DNA of 64,000 nt, taken from assembly GCF_006345805.1 (NCBI RefSeq), contig NC_043013.1:58962001-59026000 (forward strand), in the 5' to 3' direction. Both the position numbers and the translations under genes were made by a program. Origin of the DNA: Octopus sinensis (taxonomy: Eukaryota). Below the pieces are notes generated by a model. The model was not told where the DNA came from, ran no database searches, and was given only the letters and a program-made list of their open reading frames with translations. Every line of letters starts with the position of its first letter. Within the stretch, counting starts at the first letter, position 1. Below are positions 11,668 to 62,430 of the stretch, in pieces.

Positions 11668-14600
11668 AATCCAGGGGTAGGTAATTCAGGGGCAAGTAAT
11701 TCAGGGCATGTAATTCAGGGGCAGGTAATTCAGTGGCATCTAATTCAGGGGCAGGTAATTCAGGGGCAGATAATCCAGGGGTAGGTAATTCAGAGGCAGG
11801 TATTTCAGGGCATGTAATTCAGGGGAAGGTAATTCAGTGGCATCTAATTCAGGGGCAGGTAATTCAGGGTATGTAATTCAGGGGCAGGTAATTCAGTGGC
11901 AACTAATTCAGGTAATTCAGTGGTAATTCAGTGGCATCCAATTCAGTGGCAGGTAATTCAGAGGCAGGGAATTCAGGGGCAGATAATCCAGGGGTAGGTA
12001 ATTCAGTGGCATCTAATTCAGGGGCAGGTAATTCAGGGGCAGATAATCCAAGGGTAGGTAATTGAGGGGCAGGTAATTCAGAGGCAGGTAATTCAGGAGC
12101 AGGTAATTCAGGGGCAGATAATCCAGGGGTAGGTAATTCAGGGGCAGGTAATTCAGAGGCAGGTATTTCAGGGTATGTAATTCAGGGACAGGCAAATCAG
12201 TGGCATCTAATTCAGGGGCAGGTAATTCAGAGGCAGGTAATTCAGAGCATGTAATTCAGGGACAGATAATCCAGGGGTAGGTAATTCAGGGGCAGGTAAT
12301 TCAGGGCATGTAATTCAGGGGCAGGTAATTCAGGGGCAGGTAATTCAGAGGCATGTAATTCAGGGCATGTAATTCGGGGCAGGTAATTCAGTGGCATCTA
12401 ATTCAGGGGCAGATAATCCAGGGGTAGGTAATTCAGGGGCAGGTAATTTAGGTTTGGAATTCTTTACCTTATTTTAAGGGAAATTCAAATTACTCACAGA
12501 AAGTAAATTTCCAGTAATTACGGTTGTTTATCAGTAATCTGCTGGGTTGTATTGGCTATTCTGTGTCTTGTGTGTCTTTGGCCGCTGAATTATCATGCCC
12601 TGAATTACCTGACTCTGAATTACCTGCCCCTGAATGATCTACCCCTGGGTCATCTGCCCCTGAATTCCCTGCCCCTGAATTCCCTGCCCCTGAATTCCCT
12701 GCCCCTGAATTAGATGCCACTGAAATGCCTGCGCCTAAATTACATGCCCTGAAATACCTGCCTCTGAATTACCTGCCCATGAAGTACCTACCCCTGGATT
12801 ATCTGCCCCTGAATTACCTGCCCCTGAATTAGATGCCCTGAATTACCTGCCTCTGAATTACCTGCCCCTGAATTACCTACCCCTGGATTATCTGCCCCTG
12901 AATTACCTGCCTCTGAATTACCTGCCCCTGAATTGGATGCCACTGAATTACCACTGAATTACCTGAATTAGATGCCACTGAATTGCCTGCGCCTGAATTA
13001 AATGCCTTGAAATACCTGCCTCTGAATTACCTGCCCATGAATAACCTGCCTCTGAATTACCTGCCCCTGATTTACCTGTCTCTGAATTACCTGCCCCTGA
13101 ATTACATGCCCTGAATTACCTGCCTCTGAATTACCTACCACTGGATTATCTGCCCCTGAATTACCTGCCCCTAAATTAGATGCCACTGAATTACCTGCCC
13201 CTGAATTACATGCCCTGAATTACCTGCCTCTTAAAAACCTGCCCCTGAATTACCTACCCCTGGATTATCTGCCCCTGAAATACCTGCCCTGAATTAGATG
13301 CCACTGAAATACTTGCCCCTGAATTAGATGCCACTGAATTACCTGAATTACCTGCCTCTGAATTACCTGCCCCTGAATTACCTACACCTGGATTATCTGC
13401 CCCCGAATTACATGCCCTGATTTACCTGCCTCTGAATTACCTGCGCCTGAATTACCTACCCTTGGATTATCTCCCCCTGATATACCTACCCTGAATTAGA
13501 TGCCACTGAAATACCTGCCCCTGAATTAGATGCCACTGAATTACCTGAATTACCTGCCTCTGAATTACCTGCCCCTGAATTACCTACCCCTGGATTATCT
13601 GCCCCCGAATTACATGCCCTGAATTACCTGCCTCTGAATCACTTGCGCCTGAATTACCTACCCTTGGATTATCTGCCCCTTAATTACCTGCCCCTGAATT
13701 ACCTACCCCTGAATTACCTGCCCCTGAATTACATGCCCTGAATTACCTGCCTCTATATAACCTGCCCCTGAATTAGCTGCCCCTGAATTAGATGCCACTG
13801 TATTACCTGCCCCTGAATTACATGCCCTGAATTACCTGCCTCTGAATTACCTGCCCTGAATTATCTGCCTCTGAATTACCTGCCATGAATAACCTACCCC
13901 TGGATTATCTGCCTCTGAATTACATGCCCTGAATTACCTGCCACTGAATTACCTACCCCTGGATTATCTGCCCCTGAATTACATTCAGGGGCAGGTAATT
14001 CAGAGGCAGGTAATTCAGGGGCATATAACCCAGGGGTAGGTAATTCAGTGGCATTTAATTACCTACACCTGCATTATCTGCCCCTGAATTAACTGCCCCA
14101 TAATTAGATGCCACTGAATTACATGCCCTGAATTACCTGCCCCTGACTTAGATGCCACTTAATTACCTGCCCCTGAATTACATGCCCTGAATTACCTGCC
14201 TCTGAATTACCTGTTCCTAAATTACCAACACCTTGATTATCTGCCCCTGAATTACCTGCCCCTGAATTAGATGTCACTCAATTACCTGCCCCCGAATTAC
14301 ATGCCCTAAATTACCTGCCTCTGAATTACCTTCCCCTGAATTACCTACCCCTGCATTATCTGCCCCTGAATTACCTGCCCCTGAATTGGATGCCACTGAA
14401 TTACCTGCCCCTGAATTACATGCCCTGAATTACATGCCCTGAATTACCTGCCTCTGAATTACCTGCCTCTGAATAACCTGCCCCTGAATTACCTACCCCT
14501 GGATTATCTGCCCCTGAATTACCTGCCTCTGATTATCTGCCCCTGAATACCTGCCCCTGAATTAGATGTCACTCAATTACCTGCCCCTGAATTACATGCC

Positions 14601-17211
14601 CTAAATTACCTGCCTCTGAATTACCTTCCCCTGAATTACCTACCCCTGCATTATCTGCCCCTGAATTACCTGCCCCTGAATTGGATGCCACTGAATTACC
14701 TGCCCCTGAATTACATGCCCTGAATTACATGCCCTGAATTACCTGCCTCTGAAGTACCTGCCCCTGAATTACCCACCCCTGAATTACCTGCCTCTGAATT
14801 CTGTGCCCTGAATTACCTGCCTCTGAATTACCTGCCCCTGAATTACCTACCCCTGAATTACCTGCCTCTGAATTACATGCCCTGAATTCCCTGCCTCTGA
14901 ATTACCTGCCCCTGAATTATCTGCTCCTCAATTACCTGCCCCTGAATTACCTGTCCCTGAATTAGATGCCACTGAATTGCCTGCCCCTGAATTACATGCC
15001 CTGAATTACCTGCCTCTGAATTACCTGTCCCTAAATTACCTACCCCTGGATTATCTGTCCCTGAATTACCTGCCCCTGAATTACCTGCCTCTGAATTGCC
15101 TGCCCCTGAATTACCTACCCCCGGATTATCTGCCCCTGAATTAGATGCCACTGAATTACCTGCCCCTGAATTACATGCCCTGAATTACCTGCCTCTTAAT
15201 AACCTGCCCCTGAATTACCTACCCCTGGATTATCTGCCCCCGAATTACATGCCCTGAATTACCTTCCTCTGAATTACCTACACCTGAATTACCTGCCCCT
15301 GAATTACCTACCCCTGAATTACCTGCCTCTGAATTACATGCCCTGAATTAACTGCCTGTGAATTAACTGCCCTTGAATTAGCTACCCCTGAATTAAGATG
15401 CCACTGTATTACCTGCCCCTGAATTTCATGCCCTGAATTACCTGCATCTTAATAACCTGCCCCTGAATTACCTACCCCTGGATTAGCTGCCCCTGAATTA
15501 CCTGCCCCTGAATGAGATGCCACTGAATTACCTGCCCCTGACTTAGATGCCACTGAATTACCTGCCCCTGAATTACATGCCCTGAATTACCTGCCTCTGA
15601 ATTGCCTGTCCCTAAATTACCTACACCTGGATTATCTGCCCCTGAATTACCTGCCCCTGAATTGGATGCCACTGAATTACCTGCCCCTGAGTTACATGCC
15701 CTGAATTACCTGCCCCTGAATTACATGCCCTGAATTACATGCCCTGAATTACCTGCCTCTGAAGTACCTGCCCCTGAATTACCCACCCCTGAATTACCTG
15801 CCTCTGAATTATGTGCCCTGAATTGCCTGCCTCTTAATTACCTGCCCCTGAATTACCTACCCCTGAATTACCTGCCTCTGAATTACATGCCCTGAATTGC
15901 CTGCCTCTTAATTACCTGCCCCTGAATTACCTACCCCTGAATTACCTGCCTCTGAATTACATGCCCTGAATTACATGCCTCTGAATTACCTGCCCCTGAA
16001 TTACCAACCTCTGAATTACCTGCCTCTGAATTACCTGCCTCTGAATTACCTGCCCCTGAGTTACCTACCCTGGATTATCTGCGCCTGAATTACCTGCCCC
16101 TGACTTAGATGCCACTGAATTACCTGCCCCTGAATTACATGCCCTGAATTACATGCCCTGAATTACCAGCCTCTTAATAACCTACACCTGGATTATCTGC
16201 CCCTGAATTAACTGCTCCTGAATTAGATGAAGGAAATTAAGAGAAAGGTAATTCAGGGCATGTAATTCAGGGGCAGGTAATTCAGAGGCAGGAAATTCAG
16301 GGCATGTAATTCAGGGGCAGGCAATTCAGTGGCATCTAATTCCCTACTAATGCTCCTTACCATACCCCTAGATTATCTGCCCCTGAATTAGATGCCACTG
16401 AATTGCCTGCCCCTGAATTACATGCCCTGAATTACCTGCCTCTGAAATACCTGCCCCTGAATTACCCACCCCTGAATTATCTGCCCCTGAATTACCTGCC
16501 CCTGAATTACCTGCCCCTGAATTAGATGCCACTGAATTGCCTGCCCCTGAATTACATGCCCTGAATTACCTGCCTCTGAATTACGTTCCCTAAATTACCT
16601 ACCCCTGGATTATCTGTCCATGAATTACCTGCCACTGAATTACATGCCCTGAATAACCTGCCTCTGAATTGCCTGCCCCTGAATTACCTACCCCCGGATT
16701 ATCTGCCCCTGAATTAGATGCCACTGAATTACCTGCCCATGAATTACATGCCCTCAATTACCTGCCTCTTAATAACCTGCCCCTAAATTACCTACCCCTG
16801 GATTGTCTGCCCCTGAATTACATGCACCTGAATTAGATGCCACTGAATTACCTGAATTACCTGCCTCTGAATTACCTGCCCCTGAATTACCTACCCCTGA
16901 ATTATCTGCCCCCGAATTACATCCCCTGAATTACCTTCCTCTGAATTACCTACCCCTGAATTACCTGCACCTGAATTACCTACCCCTGAATTACCTGCCT
17001 CTGAATTACATGCCCTGAATTAACTGCCTCTGAATTACCTGCCCCTGAATTAGCTACCCCTGAATTAGATGCCACTGTATTACCTGCCCCTGAATTACAT
17101 GCCCTGAATTACCTGCATCTTAATAACCTGCCCCTGAATTAACTACCCCTGGATTAGCTGCCCCTGAATTACCTGCCCCTGAATTAGATGCCACTGAATT
17201 ACCTGCCTCTG
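11668..17211. repeat. 15-bp satellite with ~119-bp (8-monomer) higher-order pattern; G-rich 11668-12450, C-rich 12585-17211 with short flips at ~13984-14058 and ~16245-16340
   Basis: Ordered recurrence of variant monomers GTGGCATCTAATTCA, GGGGCAGATAATCCA, GGGGTAGGTAATTCA, GAGGCAGGTAATTCA and 14-mer GGGCATGTAATTCA. Confidence 0.95.
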
Positions 17212-20200
17212 AAAATCGCAAATGTTTTCAGGTTAGAAAATGTCAAAATATTGCATCTGTGTAATTGAAAAACAACAAAAAATTTAGTGATCTCTTAGCT
17301 AATTATGAGTTAACTGATTGATAAAAAGCTTATATTTATCCAAGAGATCACTAAACTGGCAAAAGTTTTCAGGTTAGAAAATGTCAAAATGTTGCATATG
17401 TGTACTTGAAAAACAACAAAAAATTTAGTGATCTCTTAGCTAAATATAAGTTAACTGACTGATGAAAATCTTATATTTATCCAAGAGATCACTAAACTCG
17501 CAAAAGTTTTCAGGTTATAAAATGTCAAAATATTGCATATGTGTACTTGAAAAACAACAAAAAATTTAGTGTTCTCTAATTACATGTAAGTTAACTGATT
17601 GATAAAAAGCTTATATTTATCCAAGTGATCACTAAAATCGCAAAAGTTTTCAGGTTATAAAATGGGGTAGGTAATTCAGGGGCAGGTTATTAAGAGGCAG
17701 GTAATTCAGGGCATGTAATTCAGTGGCATCTAATTATGGGGCAGCTAATTCCGGGGCAGATAATCCGGGGGTTGGTAATTAGATGCCACTGAATTACCAA
17801 CACCTGGATTATCTGCCCCTGAATTACCTGCCCTGAATTAGATGCCACTGAATTGCCTGCCCCTGCATTAGATGCCTCTGAATTACCTGCCCCTGAATTA
17901 CATGCTCTGAATTACCTGCCTCTGAATTACCGGCCCCTGAATTACCTACCCCTGGATTATCTTCGCCTGAATTAACTTCCCCTGAATTAGATGCCAGTGA
18001 ATTGCCTGCCTTTGAATTACATGCCCTGAATTACCTGCCCTGAATTACCTACCCCTGAATTACCTGCCCCTGAATTAGATGCCATTGAATTACCTGCCCC
18101 TGAATTACATGCCCTGAATTATAAGTTAACTGATTGAGAAAAACAACAAAAAATTTAGTGATCTCTTAGATAATTATAAGTTAACTGATTGATAAAAAGC
18201 ATATATTTATCCAGTGATCACTAAAATCGCAAAACTTTTCAGGTTATAAAATGTCAAAATATTGCAGATGTGTACTTGAAAAACAACAAAAAATTTAGTG
18301 ATCCCTTAGGTAAATATAAGTTAACTTATATTTATCCAAGAGATCACTAAAATCGCAAAAGTTTTCAGGTTATAAAATGTCAAAATATTGCATTTGTGTA
18401 CTTGAAATACAACAAAAAATTTAGTGATCTCTTAGCGCAAAAGTTTTCAGATTATAATATGTCAAAATATTGCATATGTGAACTTGAAAAACAACAAAAT
18501 ATTTAGTGATCTCTTAGCTAAATATAAGTTAACTGATTGATAAAAAGCTTATATTTATCCAAGTGATCACTAAAATCGCAAAAGTTTTCAGGTTATAAAA
18601 TGTCAAAATATTGCATATGTGTACTTGAAAAACAACAAAAAATTTAGTGATCTCTTAGCTAAATATAAGTTAACTGATTGATAAAAAGCTTATATTTATC
18701 CAAGAGATCACTAATATCGTAAAAGTTTTCAGGTTATAAAATGTCAAAATATTGCATATGTGTACTTGAAAAACAACAAAAAATTTAGTGATCTCTTAGC
18801 TAAATATAAGTTAACTGATTGATAAAAAGCTTATATTTATCCAAGAGATCACTAAAATCGCAAAAGTTTTCAGATTATAATATGTCAAAATATTACATAT
18901 GTGTACTTGAAAAACAAGAAAAAATTTAGTGATCTCTTAGCTAAATATAAGTTAACTGATTGATAAAAAGCTTATATTTATCCAAGTGATCACTAAAATC
19001 GCAAAAGTTTTCAGGTTATAAAATGTCAAAATATTGCATATGTGTACTTGAAAAACAACAAAAAATTTAGTGATCTCTTAGCTAAATATAAGTTAACTGA
19101 TTGATAAAAAGCTTATATTTATCCAAGAGATCACTAATATCGCAAAAGTTTTCAGGTTAGAAAATGTCAAAATATTGCATATGTGTACTTGAAAAACAAG
19201 AAAAAATTTAGTGATCTCTTAGCTAAATATAAGTTAACTGATTGATAAAAAGCTTATATTTATCCAAGAGATCACTAATATCGCAAAAGTTTTCAGGTTA
19301 GAAAATGTCAAAATGTTGCATATGTGTACTTGAAAAACAACAAAAAATTTAGTGATCTCTTAGCTAAATATAAGTTAACTGATTGATAAAAAGCTTTTAT
19401 TTATCCAAGAGATCACTAAAATCGCAAAAGTTTTCAGATTATAATATCTCAAAATATTGCATATGTGAACATGAAAAACAACAAAAAATTTAGTGATCTC
19501 TTAGCTAAATATAAGTTAACATTGATAAAAAGCTTATATTTATCCAAGTGATCACTATAATCGCAAAAGTTTTCAGGTTAGAAAATGTCAAAATGTTGCA
19601 TATGTGTACTTGAAAAACAACAAAAAATTAAGTGATCTCTTAGCTAAATATAAGTTAACTGATTGATAAAAAGCTTTTATTTATCCAAGAGATCACTAAA
19701 ATCGCAAAAGTTTTCAGATTATAATATCTCAAAATATTGCATATGTGAACATGAAAAACAACAAAAAATTTAGTGATCTCTTAGCTAAATATAAGTTAAC
19801 ATTGATAAAAAGCTTATATTTATCCAAGTGATCACTATAATCGCAAAAGTTTTCAGGTTAGAAAATGTCAAAATATTGCATATGTGTACTTGAAAAACAA
19901 GAAAAAATTTAGTGATCTCTTAGCTAAATATAAGTTAACTGATTGATAAAAAGCTTATATTTATCCAAGAGATCACTAAAATCGCAAAAGTTTTCAGGTT
20001 ATAAAATGTCAAAATGTTGCATATGTGTACTTGAAAAACAACAAAAAATTTAGTGATCTCTTAGCTAAGTATAAGTTAACTGATTGATAAAAAGCTTATA
20101 TTTATCCAAGAGATCACTAATATCGTAAAAGTTTTCAGGTTATAAAATGTCAAAATATTGCATATGTGTACTTGAAAAACAACAAAAAATTTAGTGATCT

Positions 20201-21382
20201 CTTAGCTAAATATAAGTTAACTGATTGATAAAAAGCTTATATTTATCCAAGTGATCACTAAAATCGCAAAAGTTTTCAGGTTATAAAATGTCAAAATATT
20301 GCAAATGTGTACTTGAAAAACAACAAAAAATTTAGTGATCTCTTAGCTAAATATAAGTTAACTGATTGATAAAAAGCTTATATTTATCCAAGTGATCACT
20401 AAAATCGCAAAAGTTTTCAGGTTATAAAATGTCAAAATATTGCATATGTGTACTTGAAAAACAACAAAAAATTTAGTGTAAGTTAACTGATTGATAAGTT
20501 AACTGTAGTGTAAGTTAACTGATTGATAAAAAGCTTATATTTATCCAAGTGATCACTAAAATCGCAAAAGTTTTCAGGTTATAAAATGGGGTAGGTAATT
20601 CAGGGGCAGGTTATTAAGAGGCAGGTAATTCAGGGCATGTAATTCAGTGGCATCTAATTATGGGGCAGCTAATTCCGGGGCAGATAATCCGGGGGTTGGT
20701 AATTAGATGCCACTGAATTACCAACACCTGGATTATCTGCCCCTGAATTACCTGCCCTGAATTAGATGCCACTGAATTGCCTGCCCCTGCATTAGATGCC
20801 TCTGAATTACCTGCCCCTGAATTACATGCTCTGAATTACCTGCCTCTGAATTACCGGCCCCTGAATTACCTACCCCTGGATTATCTTCGCCTGAATTAAC
20901 TTCCCCTGAATTAGATGCCACTGAATTGCGTGCCTTTGAATTACATGCCCTGAATTACCTGCCCTGAATTACCTACCCCTGAATTAGATGCCATTGAATT
21001 ACCTGCCCCTGAATTACATGCCCTGAATTATAAGTTAACTGATTGAGAAAAACAACAAAAAATTTAGTGATCTCTTAGATAAATATAAGTTAACTGATTG
21101 ATAAAAAGCTTATATTTATCCAGTGGTCACTAAAATCGCAAAACTTTTCAGGTTATAAAATGTCAAAATATTGCAGATGTGTACTTGAAAACAACAAAAA
21201 ATTTAGTGATCCTTAGGTAAATATAAGTTAACTTATATTTATCCAAGAGATTACTAAAATCGCAAAAGTTTTCAGGTTATAAAATGTCAAAATATTGCAA
21301 ATGTGTACTTGAAAAACAACAAAAATTTAGTGATCTCTTAGCTAAATATAAGTTAACTGATTGATAAAAAGCTTATATTTAT
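17212..21382. repeat. 141-bp AT-rich satellite interrupted by two near-identical 15-mer cassettes (17664-18120, 20588-21029)
   Basis: taaaaagctt recurs at 18541, 18682, 18823, 18964 (period 141); the array runs into the gap. Confidence 0.97.
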
Positions 21383-21482
21383 NNNNNNNNNNNNNNNNNN
21401 NNNNNNNNNNNNNNNNNNNNNNNNNNNNNNNNNNNNNNNNNNNNNNNNNNNNNNNNNNNNNNNNNNNNNNNNNNNNNNNNNN
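21383..21482. other. Assembly gap (100 N)
   Basis: Exactly 100 N, typical of a scaffolding join of unknown true size. Confidence 0.99.
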
Positions 21483-21899
21483 CCCTCAATGACCAGTGAA
21501 CTCAATATGAATGCTCTTATCATTCGTACAATTGTAAGTTCATGTGCTGAGAATGAAATCCCAGTGAGTTGATATTCGAGCAAGGAAAAATGTATGAGTA
21601 TAGATGATAGGGTGAAGTGTTAATATTAGTTAATGAAATTATGCCATGTTTCAAGTTGTTCAGAAGATTCTTTCACTGAAAAATATTGTTCATTCAATTT
21701 TACTGCAGAACAAGTATATCGTTATGTTTAGGCTTTTTTGCCTCATTTTTTTCCCTCCACTTTTCAGTTGAAAATAAACCATAGCTGCTCAACATTTTAC
21801 ACTCAGGCTAAAGAGTCCAACGTTGAGATTTGGTTCAGTATATAATATCTCCAAGAAAATTCCAGTAAAAAGATTAAACACACGCACACAAACACTCAC

Positions 21900-21947
<48 letters not shown>

Positions 21948-22105
21948 ACACACACACACACACAGAGTTATCCAGAGAAATTCATTTCATTTTCATATTG
22001 TTGAGTATTTGCTTTTTCTTTTTCCCTTTTTTTCTTCCTGAAACTTTCATGGAATTAAAATTTAATTCCAAATGGCAGAATATTTGTTTTTACCAATTTT
22101 GATGC

Positions 22106-59704
<37,599 letters not shown>

Positions 59705-59792
59705 CTAAATTAGGGAAAATGGATTAGAAAGAAATTAAGCTTTCGTTAGTTTCCTGAGTTTATGGATCAATTAGACTGGCCAAAACCTGACC

Positions 59793-59824
<32 letters not shown>

Positions 59825-60890
59825 TTCAGATATTGAGGAGGGAGGCAGGTCTAGCTTATTTTCATGTTCTCTCAGTCTTAGGACCTGGAATTTGAAATGG
59901 GTGAATGAACTTAGGGAGGCTGCTACTAAATCCTTTTGATATTAAACTACCTAAGACCACTCTTTTTTAAAAAAAAATATTTGTATTTAAACGAAAATCT
60001 TCCATTATGATTTTATTCAAGAACCTTTTTTCACCATGTTGATCTCAACCTTCCTGAGATCACTCTTAGTCCAAACTTTTCGTTTTTACACGATTTAAAT
60101 TCAAATCTTCCTTCAAAATTTCAGGTTCAATTATGTACCAAACACCTACTTCACAATGCCGAAGTGATGTTTACTAAATTCTTCGTTATCTTCAATATTA
60201 ACTGAAGCGAAAGCTGAGCATTTCAATAGAAATTTGGTAACAAAAGTGTTAAGTTTTTGCCAATGATAAAGACGTCAGCTATTTTACTAAATCCACCATC
60301 AATTTTTTTTATTTTCATAATTAATCAAAAAGACAGTATATTTCATCAGAAACAAGCTAATGAATGGGTCAAATAAAGACATTTATCTTTAGCCCAGTGG
60401 ATTTCCGATCAAAGTGTTCTAATTGAGATCATCTCACTTATTTTTCCAGACACTATATCTAGGAATACATCAACAAAGACAACACTCAGTTTGCTATTTC
60501 TAGGCGATCAAGTCAACTCAATGCACGATTTTTAATGAAATTTTACAGAGATACATTTTAGATGGTGTGGGTCACGATTATTTGGAGGTAAAAATTGCTT
60601 TTCTTGGGAGTTATCCCCTCAAAACAAGTGTTTTTAAATGAAATTTTCCAGAAATACGTTTTGAGCGTTGTAGACAACAATTTAAAAAATCAGTTTTCAA
60701 ATTTAATCACAATAATCATACTCTACATCAGCGAAAATGCATCTCAGGAAAATTTTATGAAAAAGTATGCATTTAAAAGAAAGCTATGAGGAAATAAAGA
60801 CAGTGGGGAAAAAATTAGTCGAAAACTGCCCCACCACATTTTTTCATGTTTTTTTTCCAACGTAATTACGACCTACATGATATAAAATGT

Positions 60891-61309
60891 GGATCTTTTC
60901 GGTTTGAACGGCAGTTTTTAACATAATTTCTAGGTAACTAAAAAATTTTAAACTTCGTATACTGGTAGAATGTGTTTATAAAACATCTTTTTCTCTTGGC
61001 TTTCTTGAGAAAATTCTATAGTTTGTGAGATATTTGTGGTTGTTTTTTCTTCAATTTCTGCAATTTCAACCAATCAATGACGTCTATTGAGGTAAAAAAA
61101 AATTCTGTGCCGTATGAATATGTCCCCCGTTTAAGAAACAGGTTGGGTTTATTTACATTTATGAAAAAAAAAAGATACCCTTCCCCACCCCTAACCAACC
61201 CTAACCCTAAAACATTGAAAAGCAATAGATCGATACTAGGGTCATAATTATGGGTGACAATTTCATATGACACCGCTAGAAAAAACTGCCGTTCAAACCG
61301 AAAAGATCC
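60891..61309. mobile_element. Non-autonomous DNA transposon (419 bp), Merlin-like
   Basis: Perfect 29-bp TIR GGATCTTTTCGGTTTGAACGGCAGTTTTT; perfect 8-bp TSD TAAAATGT (60883-60890, 61310-61317). Confidence 0.88.
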
Positions 61310-61664
61310 TAAAATGTATCTCAAGATATTTTCATAACAAAGTATGCATTTAAAGAAAGTTATGACGAAATAAAGACGGGTGGGGTGGCACACTTCTTTA
61401 GTAGTGTTTTTTTTACCTCGTAATTTTGTTTCAAATGCAAATTTTTTACTGAAAGTTTTGAGAGATACATTTTTGACGATGAAAATTACGATCGTGAGGG
61501 GATAATGTTTTTTTTTATTTTATTTATTTCTTTTTGGATTTTTCGATAATTCACCTCCCTCATCGTTTTCCGTCTCATTTGGCTCTGGAAAATTCTTATA
61601 GGAATTTTTGTGGGACGGTGAGTACACTGTTAACACTTCAGTTATTGAATTCCATGTTTGGACA

Positions 61665-61972
61665 CTCCGTCGGTTACGACTACGAGCGATCCGAGTTGAT
61701 CCCATCAACGGAACAGCCGGCTCATTAAACAAACGTGCAAGTGGCTGAACCCTCCGCAGACACGAGTATCTTTAACGTCGTTCTCAAGAAGATTCAGTAC
61801 GACACAAAATGTAACAAGATTGGTCTTTCGAAATGCAGGTAATACTTATTTTTGCCTATTGAGTAGATTAGAGTAACTTGAAGTAAAGAGTCTTGCTCAA
61901 GGACAAAATGCGACGCCAGGAATCGACCTCACAACCTTTCGATCGTGAGCCGAATGCCCTATCCACAAAGCC
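61665..61972 (-). mobile_element. tRNA-derived SINE (Arg-type head), diverged
   Basis: Related to 23730-24055. Confidence 0.7.
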
Positions 61973-62007
61973 TCGTCTTTTTTTCTTTTGAATACATATT
62001 TTTTCTC

Positions 62008-62398
62008 GTGGCTGTGTGGTAAGTAGCTTGTTTATGAACTACATGGTTCCGGGTTCAATCCCACTGCGTGGCACCTTGGGCAAGTGTCTTCTACTATAGC
62101 CTCGGGCCGACCAAAGCCTTGTGAGTGGATTTGGTAGACGGAAACTGAAAGAAGCCCGTCGTTTATATGTGTGTATATATATATGCGTGTGTGCGTTTGT
62201 GTGTCTGTGTTTGTCCCCCTAGCATTGCTTGACAACCGATGCTGGTGTGTTTATGTCCCCGTTACTTAGCGGTTCGGCAAAAGAGACCGATTGAATAAGT
62301 ACTGGGCTTACAAAAGAATAAGTCCCGGGGTCGAGTTGCTCGATTAAAGGCGGTGCTCCAGCATGGCCGCAGTCAAATGACTGAAACAAGTAAAAGAG

Positions 62399-62399
<1 letters not shown>
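62008..62399 (+). mobile_element. Major octopus tRNA-derived SINE
   Basis: A and B boxes and the family tail. Confidence 0.93.

Positions 62400-62425
<26 letters not shown>

Positions 62426-62430
<5 letters not shown>

Noticed and set aside
3908-17018. Pentapeptide-repeat ORFs (ELPAP, LNYLP, GQVIQ, NSGAG)
   Set aside because: All are frames of the 15-bp satellite; 14-bp monomers shift frame and the orientation flips, so there is no evidence of coding constraint.
3944-17211. Zelda (TAGteam CAGGTAA/TAGGTAA) site array
   Set aside because: Zelda is known from arthropods (pancrustaceans), not molluscs; the motif match is not informative here.
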